NCBI GenBank assembly: GCA_963744875.1
Contig: CAVUVQ010000050.1
Location: 77,330 to 141,329 of the forward strand
Reading direction: 5' to 3'
Source: an uncultured Chloroflexia bacterium
GTDB lineage: Bacteria > Chloroflexota > Ktedonobacteria > Ktedonobacterales > Ktedonobacteraceae
Length of the DNA stretch: 64,000 bases
Position numbers and translations under genes: made by a program. The notes under the pieces were generated by a model. That model saw only the letters and a list, made by a program, of their open reading frames with translations, made no database searches and had not been told where the DNA came from. Below are positions 28,984-37,533 of the stretch, one piece after another (position 1 is the first letter of the stretch; each line of letters opens with the position of its first letter).

Positions 28984-29799
28984 GCGTCCCGCAATTTCTG
29001 CGCTGCGTCCGAGACCGGAGATGCCTGAGGCAAGAATGGAAGCTCCAATCGCACCTTCAAAGCCCTCCGGCTCGCTCTCAACGCGCGGGAAGAGATAGAA
29101 TTGATAGCTCTCTCCCAGGCGCTCAATAGCAGTTTGCTCTCTATTAGCCGCATGATAATCCTTGATAACAATATCTTGCATTTGATAGAGAGCAATTAAA
29201 CCCGCCAGATCCTGTCTCAGGCGCTCCCAGAAGGCCTGTGCCCTATCCTCTTCATCTACTGCTTCTGCATACCCAATAGAAACGTCACCAATACCATCAA
29301 CAATATATCCATCCTTGATCACAGTAATACTATGCGATACCACACCAATCTCCAGGTAGAGAAATTGCATTTCGGACCACGGCGCATCCTGCTGCCGCAT
29401 CCCATATAACAAAGTGGCAACAGAACAAAGCTTTTCCGCATCACCTAGAGAAGGGTATTTGAGACGACGATAGCGTGGCACTTGAGGCAGATATTTTATC
29501 GCCGGAAGTTGATACCCCTTCAATTCAGCGGCATTGATCAAATGCAAGAAATTTTGTACATCTTTATACTCATTTTCGTTCATCATTTGCTCATAAATAA
29601 CCGTATGGAAAGGTAAAAAAGGGACTTCTTGTGGAGAAGATAGCATAATGAGTGTATCGGGATGAGCGGTGCAAATAGAGTTTATATAAGAAAATATGCT
29701 CTGCACATCTGTAAAAGTGGAAAACTCCTGGCTGTGTCCATTTTCTGCCAGGCAGGTCTTCCAATGGTCCGAACTATACTCGATACCGATACTCGTCAT
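28957..29799 (-). CDS. Hypothetical protein, possibly ASKHA/actin-like ATPase fold (DUF1464-like)
   Basis: 280 aa. The N-terminal SIGIEYSSDHWKTCL loosely resembles the phosphate-1 motif (IGID.G) of sugar-kinase/actin-fold proteins. This recognition is weak. The 3' end overlaps the yihY-like 3' end by 27 nt. Confidence 0.3.
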   Translation of the reverse strand: MTSIGIEYSSDHWKTCLAENGHSQEFSTFTDVQSIFSYINSICTAHPDTLIMLSSPQEVPFLPFHTVIYEQMMNENEYKDVQNFLHLINAAELKGYQLPAIKYLPQVPRYRRLKYPSLGDAEKLCSVATLLYGMRQQDAPWSEMQFLYLEIGVVSHSITVIKDGYIVDGIGDVSIGYAEAVDEEDRAQAFWERLRQDLAGLIALYQMQDIVIKDYHAANREQTAIERLGESYQFYLFPRVESEPEGFEGAIGASILASGISGLGRSAEIAGRLLSVVAHL

Positions 29800-30088
29800 A
29801 ATCTATGTCTCCTGAAGTTTTACGCCTGAGCCACGGCTGCAAGGCTGGCGTGAATATAGAGCATTGTATCACAAGACTCCTGCGAGACGATGAATAGTAC
29901 AGGCATACTTTTCTACAATCAAAGCAGGCGTTACTAGAGAATAAATCCTTGACGTGACACTATTGATCTGTTAAACTTTGAGTCAACTAGATAAACACGC
30001 CCCTGTCGCCTTTAAGCACCTGTATCAAAAGTGCATTCTAATCCGTTTGCTCTTATATCGGAGATAACTTCCGGAAGAGGTCACGAAT

Positions 30089-33001
30089 ATGCCTGGCGAA
30101 AGTCCTTTCCATACCAGCAAACAAGAACACCAGCAATTGCTCAAGGCACTGCGTGAAAGCGAACTGCTGCGCGAATTTTCTGAGTTGCTGGCCTCCTCTC
30201 TTGACCCCACTCATATTCTACAGGTACTGGTGAGACGCACAACCGAAGTGTGTGAAGTTGAACGTTGTGCAGTCTGGTTGCTAGATACAACGCGCGATAT
30301 CTTTCTCCCTTCCGCCTATCACGTCTCCTCACAGCATTTACATGGAAAAGATTTGCAGATCGCCGACAAATTATGGCAACGCAGTTCTTTGCCCTTTAAC
30401 GATCCCCTGGTTCACCGCCTGTTCCAAAATAACGGTATGCTGGCTCTGGAAGATCTAACTCCCGAAGCAAGCCCATCCATTCATGTGGTCACTGGCAAAT
30501 TTCTGGTCCGCTCAATTTTGCTGGTTGCCCTCGTGCGAGAAGGACGCCCGGTCGGCATGATGTCACTGGATACTCCCGGCCAGAGTCGCACATTTTCGCC
30601 CGAGCAACAGCAATTTGTGCGTGCTATCGGGCAACAGGCAGCGGTTGCCATTGATAATGCACAACTTTACCAGGAAGCTCAAAAAGAACGTAATCGCGCC
30701 GAACGCCTGATCGAGCGTGCACAATCCACCTATCAGGTGGCAACGAGCGTTAATTCAGGGAAGCCTCTTTCAACAGTTTTAGAGATCGCAACCAGATATC
30801 TTATCAGTGGGGCGGAAGCGACAGGTGCCGCCATCGCCCTCCTCACTAACGATACTGTAACTCTTGCTCACACAAATAGCCTCCACGCTCATCTCTCCAG
30901 GCATAAACTAGCCACCCCACTACCTGATCTTCCCCATTGCTATGATGCGGCGCTAACGGGAAAAAGTGTGTTCGTGACGTATGAAGCGACGGAGGGTAAA
31001 GAACGCCACTGGTATGAACAGGTCGGATTGGAACATGTGCTGATCGTGCCGCTGATGATCGGCACCCAGAACCACAAACGACGCAAAGAGCTGGATAAGA
31101 ATGAGATACCGCAAACACATTGTGCAGGCTTTGCCTTCATCAATTATCCTCCTTCACTCCACCATCCACCACAGAGGCACTATGCCTTTGCGCTGGATAT
31201 CGCTACACAATGCGCGTTAGCAATTGAGAAAGACCAGATCCTGGAAAAAGTTCGCCATACAGCTCACCTGGCAACCGAACGTGCACATACGTTGGACGCG
31301 GTCCTCAATGCAATGAACGAGGGCATCATCGTTCTTGATATGGATGGTCGCGTGATCGTCAACAATAGCACTGTAGCTCATTTCCTGGGCCTGACCGGGA
31401 ACAGTGAAGAATCCTTGCTGACTATCTTTCAACGTCAACCTGCTTATACATTAGATGGTCGCCTGCTCTCTCTCGAAGATTTCCCCCTTACACGTGCACT
31501 CAATGGAACCCCTATTCGCAATGAACGCTTTATGGGTCAACGCACAACCGATAATTCTGAGCGTGTCGTCGAGGTCAATAGTGTCCCGCTCTTTGATGAT
31601 GAGGCGCAGCAGGTTGGTATCGTCTGTGCATTTCGCGATATTACAGAGCAGGTGCGCGTTGAACGACGCATCCGCAACGTATTAGATGCCCTGCTACACG
31701 CGGCAGAGGTTGTCTCCAATGCAGATGAAATCAAAGAGATCCTCCATCGTATCCTCGTTATGTCATTGAACGCGCTCTATTGCGAACGCGGAGTCGTGCA
31801 AAGTTATGATCAAGAAACTCAGAGTTTTACACCGCTATTAGCACTCGGCTTCGCTAATGGAGATGACATACGATGGTTGAATGAACAAAAACACTGGTTA
31901 GAAGCGACAGAGGATAGCTCAAGCTTCAGGAGCCAGATCCTGGCCGGACATGCAACGCTGGTGAACGAAGAGCAAAGCCCCGATCATCCCGAACGCTTCA
32001 AAGATACGATGATTTTTGCCGCCCCCATCATCTATAATAACCACCTCTTTGGCGTAATGATGCTCGACCGCTCACCTCAACCTACAAAAAATCAACCAAT
32101 GATCGCCGGCACTTCTCCCAGGCGGACCTTTAATGTCTGGGAGATCGCCGTCGTCGAGGGCATCGCGCAATTCGCAGGTTTAGCTATCGAGCAGACACGC
32201 TGGCAGCAGGAGGCCAAGATTGCACGCACCAACGAGGCAACCATGCGCGAATCGAATGAACTGAAGGATGAATTTCTGGCAATTACCGCACATGAGTTTC
32301 GCACACCATTGACCATCATTCTCGCTCATAGCCAGATGATGGCACGCCTCCTGCATCGCCTTCCAGAACAAGATCAAAATACGACCGCACGCTTCCACGA
32401 AAGTATTACAAGCGTCGAAACACAGACGCGCCAGCTAACTAATATTGTCAACACCTTTTTAGAAGTTACGCGCCTCAACCGTGGACAGATCACGCTCACG
32501 AAGGAAATAATCGACCTGGAAGAGATTCTCGCCGAAGCGGTTAGTAGCCACAGCACAACTTCGGCCTTGCATGACATCAGTTATAGGGTTGAGCCAGCCA
32601 AACGCCCTTATATAGTCAATGGCGATCGCGCACGCCTGCTCCAGATCTTTGCCAACCTGCTACAAAATGCCATAAAGTATAGCCCGCCAGAAGGGGCTAT
32701 TACCATTACCTTAAAGCAGATTAGGAGCAGAAAGGGGTCGTCAGTAGTCGAGGTAAGTGTACAAGATCAGGGCATCGGCATTCCTAAGGAGGACCAATCG
32801 CGCCTCTTTGAGCGTTTCTATCGTGCCCCAAATATCGTCGGTAGTCAGACGCGAGGAGTGGGATTGGGCCTCTACATTGTCGCGGAATTTTTGCGCCTGC
32901 ACGGCGGCAGCATTCGCGTCGAGAGTAGAGGGATTTTAGGAGAAGGGAGCCGTTTCATTTTTACGCTCCCATTATTAGAAATCGAGGATACCAACTCCTG
33001 A
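30089..33001 (+). CDS. Multi-sensor histidine kinase (GAF-GAF-PAS-GAF-HisKA-HATPase_c)
   Basis: 970 aa. The H-box is ITAHEFRTPLT, the N-box is LLQNAIKYSP, and the G-boxes are DQGIGI and GVGLGLYIV. GAF-like segments start at LREFSELLASSLDP. The PAS segment is LNAMNEGIIVLDMDGRVIVNN. Confidence 0.9.
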   Translation: MPGESPFHTSKQEHQQLLKALRESELLREFSELLASSLDPTHILQVLVRRTTEVCEVERCAVWLLDTTRDIFLPSAYHVSSQHLHGKDLQIADKLWQRSSLPFNDPLVHRLFQNNGMLALEDLTPEASPSIHVVTGKFLVRSILLVALVREGRPVGMMSLDTPGQSRTFSPEQQQFVRAIGQQAAVAIDNAQLYQEAQKERNRAERLIERAQSTYQVATSVNSGKPLSTVLEIATRYLISGAEATGAAIALLTNDTVTLAHTNSLHAHLSRHKLATPLPDLPHCYDAALTGKSVFVTYEATEGKERHWYEQVGLEHVLIVPLMIGTQNHKRRKELDKNEIPQTHCAGFAFINYPPSLHHPPQRHYAFALDIATQCALAIEKDQILEKVRHTAHLATERAHTLDAVLNAMNEGIIVLDMDGRVIVNNSTVAHFLGLTGNSEESLLTIFQRQPAYTLDGRLLSLEDFPLTRALNGTPIRNERFMGQRTTDNSERVVEVNSVPLFDDEAQQVGIVCAFRDITEQVRVERRIRNVLDALLHAAEVVSNADEIKEILHRILVMSLNALYCERGVVQSYDQETQSFTPLLALGFANGDDIRWLNEQKHWLEATEDSSSFRSQILAGHATLVNEEQSPDHPERFKDTMIFAAPIIYNNHLFGVMMLDRSPQPTKNQPMIAGTSPRRTFNVWEIAVVEGIAQFAGLAIEQTRWQQEAKIARTNEATMRESNELKDEFLAITAHEFRTPLTIILAHSQMMARLLHRLPEQDQNTTARFHESITSVETQTRQLTNIVNTFLEVTRLNRGQITLTKEIIDLEEILAEAVSSHSTTSALHDISYRVEPAKRPYIVNGDRARLLQIFANLLQNAIKYSPPEGAITITLKQIRSRKGSSVVEVSVQDQGIGIPKEDQSRLFERFYRAPNIVGSQTRGVGLGLYIVAEFLRLHGGSIRVESRGILGEGSRFIFTLPLLEIEDTNS

Positions 33002-33065
33002 TATACTCCTGTCAACCTCCCATATCGGGGCCAGGAGCATAATGAACAGATGTTTTTGGGAAAGG

Positions 33066-34109
33066 TCAGTAAGTGGAAGTTGCCACAGATGGTTCCCCCG
33101 GCAACATAACATAATTGAACGCTGTGCGTGTCGTTACCGGCGCTGTCAGGTGGACAGTAAACCCTACCTGTGGCTGTAAAGAAATATACTGCACTACGAC
33201 CGGGCCTGGATTTGTTGTTAAGGTTACCAACACAACGCTTGAGGCGGTTACCAGCGTATTAGCGATCATTATCTCACTTTGCTCATTCTCAAAAGCTCCA
33301 GACCCATAGGCGGGAACAGGCACGAGGGGAAGATTGCGCCCTGGCATACCAGGAGACTGTTCGTTCAGTGCATTCCTCACGTCTGCCAGTAGTGTTGCGC
33401 CTGTTTCCTGTTCCTCCACACGTGGAGGCTGTGAGACCTTCGTTATTGCCGGTTGCTCAGTCGTTTGCAGGAGCACTTTTCCGTTACGCTTCAATGAGCG
33501 CCGCTTCTGAGGTGGGGCATGTGTCTCCTTTTCGGCAGGATCAGGGGGCGAAGACATAACAGTATCAATCACCCGCACGAGAGGAGGATCAGCAGAGACC
33601 AGAGGCACGGAACGTTGATTTCCGGCGGGCCCTGATTGATACACGTCCATTATGTCCTGGTTCAATGATGGTGTGGAGGATACAAATGCTGTCTGTTGGT
33701 GAGGAATCTCTGCTTTCACAGCGCTAAAAGATGATGTGAAACGCCGGGCCAGGCGTGCTAACATCCCAGAAGGTTGGGAAGATGGCACTGATTGTTGCTC
33801 CCCCTCCCCTGTACTATAAGAAGATGTTGCTTGATAGGCATCCGTTATCGTCGTCACAGCACGTTCAGGCTGTACTGCGGGTAGCATTCTCGATTGTAAG
33901 CTTAAACGCGGCGGCACAAGTCCCGTCCCACCTGTGACAGGCTGAGCATCTTCTTGCTCAGCGAGATCCTCATCCCATTGCGACGCAACGACGTGACCAT
34001 TATCCAGCAGTGCGGCCTCTACCGAAGCCGAAAGATCAAGCCGTTCTCGTTCAACGCGAGCACGCCATGCCTGACTATTTTGTTCGTTACGCTCTTCACG
34101 TAAAGCCAT
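33066..34109 (-). CDS. Hypothetical protein, largely disordered with a C-terminal beta-rich domain
   Basis: ATG at 34109 (MALREERNEQ...). The protein is rich in Ser, Pro and Gln. The last roughly 80 aa (LVTASSVVLVTLTTNPGPVVVQYISLQPQVGFTVHLTAPVTT) look like a small beta sandwich. No family was recognised. Confidence 0.4.
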   Translation of the reverse strand: MALREERNEQNSQAWRARVERERLDLSASVEAALLDNGHVVASQWDEDLAEQEDAQPVTGGTGLVPPRLSLQSRMLPAVQPERAVTTITDAYQATSSYSTGEGEQQSVPSSQPSGMLARLARRFTSSFSAVKAEIPHQQTAFVSSTPSLNQDIMDVYQSGPAGNQRSVPLVSADPPLVRVIDTVMSSPPDPAEKETHAPPQKRRSLKRNGKVLLQTTEQPAITKVSQPPRVEEQETGATLLADVRNALNEQSPGMPGRNLPLVPVPAYGSGAFENEQSEIMIANTLVTASSVVLVTLTTNPGPVVVQYISLQPQVGFTVHLTAPVTTRTAFNYVMLPGEPSVATSTY

Positions 34110-34395
34110 CACAACTCCCATAACACATTTTTTATAAACTAACGATACATGTTGAAACACACAGGCATAGTATAACACAACCCTGACACAAGACTACCAG
34201 GAATAGCATATTTGGCTATCCACCTTTCCCCTATTCAAATTCTATAGGAATTTCGGGAAGTTAGTGCGAGCTTACTTGCCAGCGAGGCTGGAAACCATTA
34301 CAATGATGCTCTGATCGTAGTGATCAACATAAGCATATTACCTGTACTCGTGTACGGGTAGCATATTTTGTGCTATACAAGGAAGGATTTCTAAG

Positions 34396-34830
34396 ATGAA
34401 ACTTAGTGGTACACATAAGTTCAAAGCATCAAGCACACAGGTATTTAACGCAATACTGAACCCCGAAGTGCTCAAGTCTTGCATTCCTGGCTGCAACTCA
34501 ATCGAATATCTTGACAACAGTCACATCCAGGCCAACCTGGCTCTGCCTTTGCCTGGTCTGAAGGGTCCATACGGGGTCGTAATCAATATCGCCAATCAGC
34601 AAGCTCCGAACTACCTGGAACTACAGGTACAACGCAATGGTCGCGGTGGTTCGGTCAATGCAATTAGCCAGATCAATCTCGCGGATGAAGCAGATGGGGC
34701 AATGCTCTCTTACAATGCCAATGCCGACCTCTCCGGTACAATCGCTCTCGCCAATAATCCTATCGGTGAAGGTGCGGCCAAAAATGCTCTTGGCACGTTC
34801 TTCAAGAACCTGGATAAGACAATAGGCTAA
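34396..34830 (+). CDS. SRPBCC/CoxG family protein (carbon monoxide dehydrogenase subunit G-like)
   Basis: 144 aa. F.A....VF.A.LNPEVLK.CIPGC.S.E ... A.A.LSG..A......I.G.AK......F fits the CoxG pattern. Confidence 0.7.
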   Translation: MKLSGTHKFKASSTQVFNAILNPEVLKSCIPGCNSIEYLDNSHIQANLALPLPGLKGPYGVVINIANQQAPNYLELQVQRNGRGGSVNAISQINLADEADGAMLSYNANADLSGTIALANNPIGEGAAKNALGTFFKNLDKTIG

Positions 34831-34856
34831 CGCAACTGTATTCTATACAATATTAT

Positions 34857-34891
34857 GACGCCCATGTGTCACTGGTCTACACATGGGCGTC
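34857..34891. terminator. 13-bp perfect hairpin between convergent CoxG-like genes
   Basis: GACGCCCATGTGT (34857-34869), loop cactggtct, ACACATGGGCGTC (34879-34891). Confidence 0.6.
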
Positions 34892-34956
34892 GTCAATGCG
34901 GCTCTACACCGACGTATTTCGTGCATTGGCAACCACAGCAATGGTGGAATGTTGCG

Positions 34957-35412
34957 TTACTCTGCTACCGTGGATGTCTGCAATTTCGCCTTTAAACAGT
35001 CAAAAAACTGTCCGGTTAACTTCTCGGCGGTCCCATTCATAAGACGCGCTCCTACGCTGGCAATAGTTCCACTCACTACGACGTGGGCACTCCAATCCAT
35101 CTGTGTCTTTTCGGCATCGATTGCGGTAAGATGCATATTGCCCGCCAATTCAACTGCACTACCCGGTGCTTTGCCACGCCCTTTGACGATCATCACATCC
35201 GGTTCCTGCATCTCACGCGTCACGTCCAGCGTAAACTTTGCCTTGACCGGTCCAACACCCACGGCAATAACCGCCTTCCAGTGCTCCTCACCCAATACCT
35301 CCAGGCTCTGAAAACCGGGTGCACATTCTGCTACCTTGTTGACATCATATAAATAGGCCCATACGTCCTTTTGTGATGCTTCCATCGTCTGAGTCCCTGA
35401 AAATTCCATCAT
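34957..35412 (-). CDS. SRPBCC/CoxG family protein (second copy, convergent)
   Basis: 151 aa. VWAYLYDVNKVAECAPGFQSLE..GE..W......GVGPVKAKF ... VSGTIASVGARL...TAEKL..QFF.CL fits the CoxG pattern. Confidence 0.75.
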   Translation of the reverse strand: MMEFSGTQTMEASQKDVWAYLYDVNKVAECAPGFQSLEVLGEEHWKAVIAVGVGPVKAKFTLDVTREMQEPDVMIVKGRGKAPGSAVELAGNMHLTAIDAEKTQMDWSAHVVVSGTIASVGARLMNGTAEKLTGQFFDCLKAKLQTSTVAE

Positions 35413-35604
35413 ATTTCCCCTTCTTTAGCCCCGAATGTGACCTGATAGTATCAGAGCAAAAATCCACGGCGCTGTGTGGTTGTTTGCATCATATCACAAT
35501 TTGTGTTGCCTGCTTTTTCCAGTATAAACAAGACTCCTGCTAAGCTCCAAAGCGGGTAAAATGAGGACATAAGTCATCCAGACGAGAGGTTTTTTAGAAG
35601 ACCA

Positions 35605-36435
35605 TTATACGTCCTTGCTCATCTCAGCAAAGACCTGTTCGATGGCCCTGGGCAAGCGTTCTTCGGTACCACGAGGAGCGACCTCTTGCATCTGTTGAGC
35701 AACTTTTGTGATTGTCGTCTCACGGTCCCAACCACTCGCGATGGCTTCACCGACCTGTGCTCTCAACGTAATAAACCAATGACGCAGATCAGCAAGCGCG
35801 GCAGGCGTCTGGATCGGACCATGGCCGGGGATAGCATACGCCGCCTCCAATTGCTCTAATTGTTCCAGGGCATGAACCCAATGCTCTGTATTTCCCCCCG
35901 GCGGTGTCGCTGGCACAATTGCGTTGAAGAGAAGATCGCCCGTGAACAGCACACGTGATTGCGGCAACCACGCTACACTGTCGCTCGGACTATGGGCGAT
36001 ACCCAGATACAGAAGCTGCACTTCGATGTCACCGATGAATAGGGTCATCTTGTCTTGAAATGTAACGGTAGGAGGCGTGATTATTACATCACTGACGAAG
36101 GCACCCATGCGTGGATTCTGCTTCCAATTGGCAAGCGTCTGCTCACCATTGGCAACAAGATCATTGCGCACTCCCTCATGTGCGATAATCGGGCAATCGG
36201 CAAAAACCTGGTTCCCATAAACATGATCACCATGCGGATGCGTATTAAAAAGATAGAGCGCTCCCTCTTTACGATATTCCTGCGTGGCAGCACGCAAAGG
36301 AGTGGCCTCGACGGCGGCAATACCAGAATCCACGACGAGCACGTTCCCACCCTCGCTGATGATGCCACGATTGCAGACACCACCCAGCGCAGCATTGACT
36401 CCCGGTACTATTTCTTGTATGCTAAGATCAGACAT
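35605..36435 (-). CDS. MBL-fold metallo-hydrolase
   Basis: HPHGDHVYGN (HxHxDH motif), a later HSPSD, and GHG near the C-terminal third. 276 aa. Confidence 0.85.
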   Translation of the reverse strand: MSDLSIQEIVPGVNAALGGVCNRGIISEGGNVLVVDSGIAAVEATPLRAATQEYRKEGALYLFNTHPHGDHVYGNQVFADCPIIAHEGVRNDLVANGEQTLANWKQNPRMGAFVSDVIITPPTVTFQDKMTLFIGDIEVQLLYLGIAHSPSDSVAWLPQSRVLFTGDLLFNAIVPATPPGGNTEHWVHALEQLEQLEAAYAIPGHGPIQTPAALADLRHWFITLRAQVGEAIASGWDRETTITKVAQQMQEVAPRGTEERLPRAIEQVFAEMSKDV

Positions 36436-36765
36436 AGTTTTTCCTTCTTTTCAATTTTTTCTCAAACATTAGTCTCTTTATTTCATACCACATATTTTCG
36501 TTTACGTCTATGTTAAACTTAGTTCACACCTCAATCCATCGTAGATGGACACGTTGGTAGTTTTCTGGACCCCGGACAAATCAGTTAAAATTCATACGTA
36601 AAAATCTATTAGAAAGTTTGCAACATGTGCTGAGAGGCTGATGAAAAAGAGAAACATTGTATTAGCACACGTGCTGATGAGGAGGGTGAACATGAGACGT
36701 TGAAAGCGGATGCGATAGAGACTTATCCCATTTATCCTACTGATGATGAAAAAATATGATGTCTG

Positions 36766-36805
36766 GTGGGAAACCCTTGTGAAGAGTCCAGCAGGGGCTT
36801 CCCAC
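36766..36805 (-). terminator. Hairpin downstream of the double-glycine precursor gene
   Basis: GTGGGAAACCC (36766-36776) pairs with GGGGCTTCCCAC (36794-36805). On the minus strand a T-rich tract (tcatatttttt) follows about 10 nt later. Confidence 0.4.
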
Positions 36806-36811
36806 TAGACA

Positions 36812-37204
36812 TTATGGAAAGTCATTCTTGAAATTATTTATATCAAGATGACTTATGATATCTCGTGAGAAAAGGTATGGTAAGCATATTCTCCTACCAG
36901 TTGCATCCTGGTCTACCCTCGAAGGATGGGCCACCCTCGAAAGACGGTCCACCGAAACAGGATGGGTCACCCTCGAAAGATGGTTCACCAAACAAGATGG
37001 TCCACCCTCGAAAGACGGTCCACCGAAACAGGATGGGCCACCATAGCCAAAGAAGGGGTATCCACCGGTATCCCGGTCATTGTGACGCCAGCGATGATGA
37101 CCCCAATCATTGTCATCATGCTCACCTCTCCACCCACCAACGACGTTTTTCAGATCACTATCATTCAGTTCGAAGGCTATGACCTGCTCTTCATTTAAAT
37201 TCAT
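36812..37204 (-). CDS. Double-glycine-leader precursor peptide (bacteriocin/RiPP/pheromone-like) with Gly-Pro-Ser-Cys/Phe hexapeptide repeat core; 3' part probably frameshifted
   Basis: GAAAGGAAAC precedes ATG 37204. The leader MNLNEEQVIAFELNDSDLKNVVGG fits the double-glycine consensus (L-12, D-8, L-7, V-4, G-2, G-1). The core is WRGEHDDNDWGHHRWRHNDRDTGGYPFFGYGGPSCFGGPSFEGGPSC... As given, the ORF runs to 36812. Restoring one missing nt near 36989/36990 keeps the repeat register and ends the ORF at TAG 36894-36896. Confidence 0.65.
   Translation of the reverse strand: MNLNEEQVIAFELNDSDLKNVVGGWRGEHDDNDWGHHRWRHNDRDTGGYPFFGYGGPSCFGGPSFEGGPSCLVNHLSRVTHPVSVDRLSRVAHPSRVDQDATGRRICLPYLFSRDIISHLDINNFKNDFP
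36910..37034. repeat. Seven tandem 18-nt units (one unit only 17 nt) inside the precursor peptide gene
   Basis: Units start at 36910, 36928, 36946, 36964, 36982 (17 nt: GGTTCACC-AAACAAGAT versus GGTCCACCGAAACAGGAT), 36999 and 37017. On the minus strand they encode alternating G-x-P-S-C-F and G-x-P-S-F-E. Confidence 0.9.
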
Positions 37205-37533
37205 GTCAACAGTTTCCTTTCTTCTTACAAGAGAGAACAGCAATGAGTATCTCTTGTATCATTGATCAGGTGCGGAAAGCGTTTACATAAATATATCATA
37301 CATTTTTCTCTTTTACCATCTTATCGTATCCACGAAGTCTATATTAATATATCCTCTGTATACGTCTTTGAGTGCACCTATATTTATTATACTCGCAGGT
37401 GTATAAATAGGAAACAAAGTATTTTTTAAGGGGAGGTAGAATGCCCCAAAAGAGAGGTTGATTTGCGTTTCTTTCAACTATCCATTATAGTAAATCAATA
37501 GTATTGCAACAAAAAGGATATTTTTAAAAGCGT

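Noticed and set aside
36865-37182. Plus-strand ORFs reading the 18-nt repeats as PSKDGP/collagen-like repeats
   Set aside because: Any tandem 18-nt repeat is open in several frames. Only the minus-strand reading has an RBS, an ATG and a canonical double-glycine leader, so the plus-strand ORFs are mirror artefacts.
18805-37204. The idea that the divergent gyrB-gyrA pair is a self-immunity determinant for the Gly-rich Ser/Cys peptide (a microcin B17-like gyrase poison)
   Set aside because: The loci are 14 kb apart with about 15 unrelated genes between them. No heterocyclase or exporter is present, and nothing in the sequence links them. This is pure speculation.
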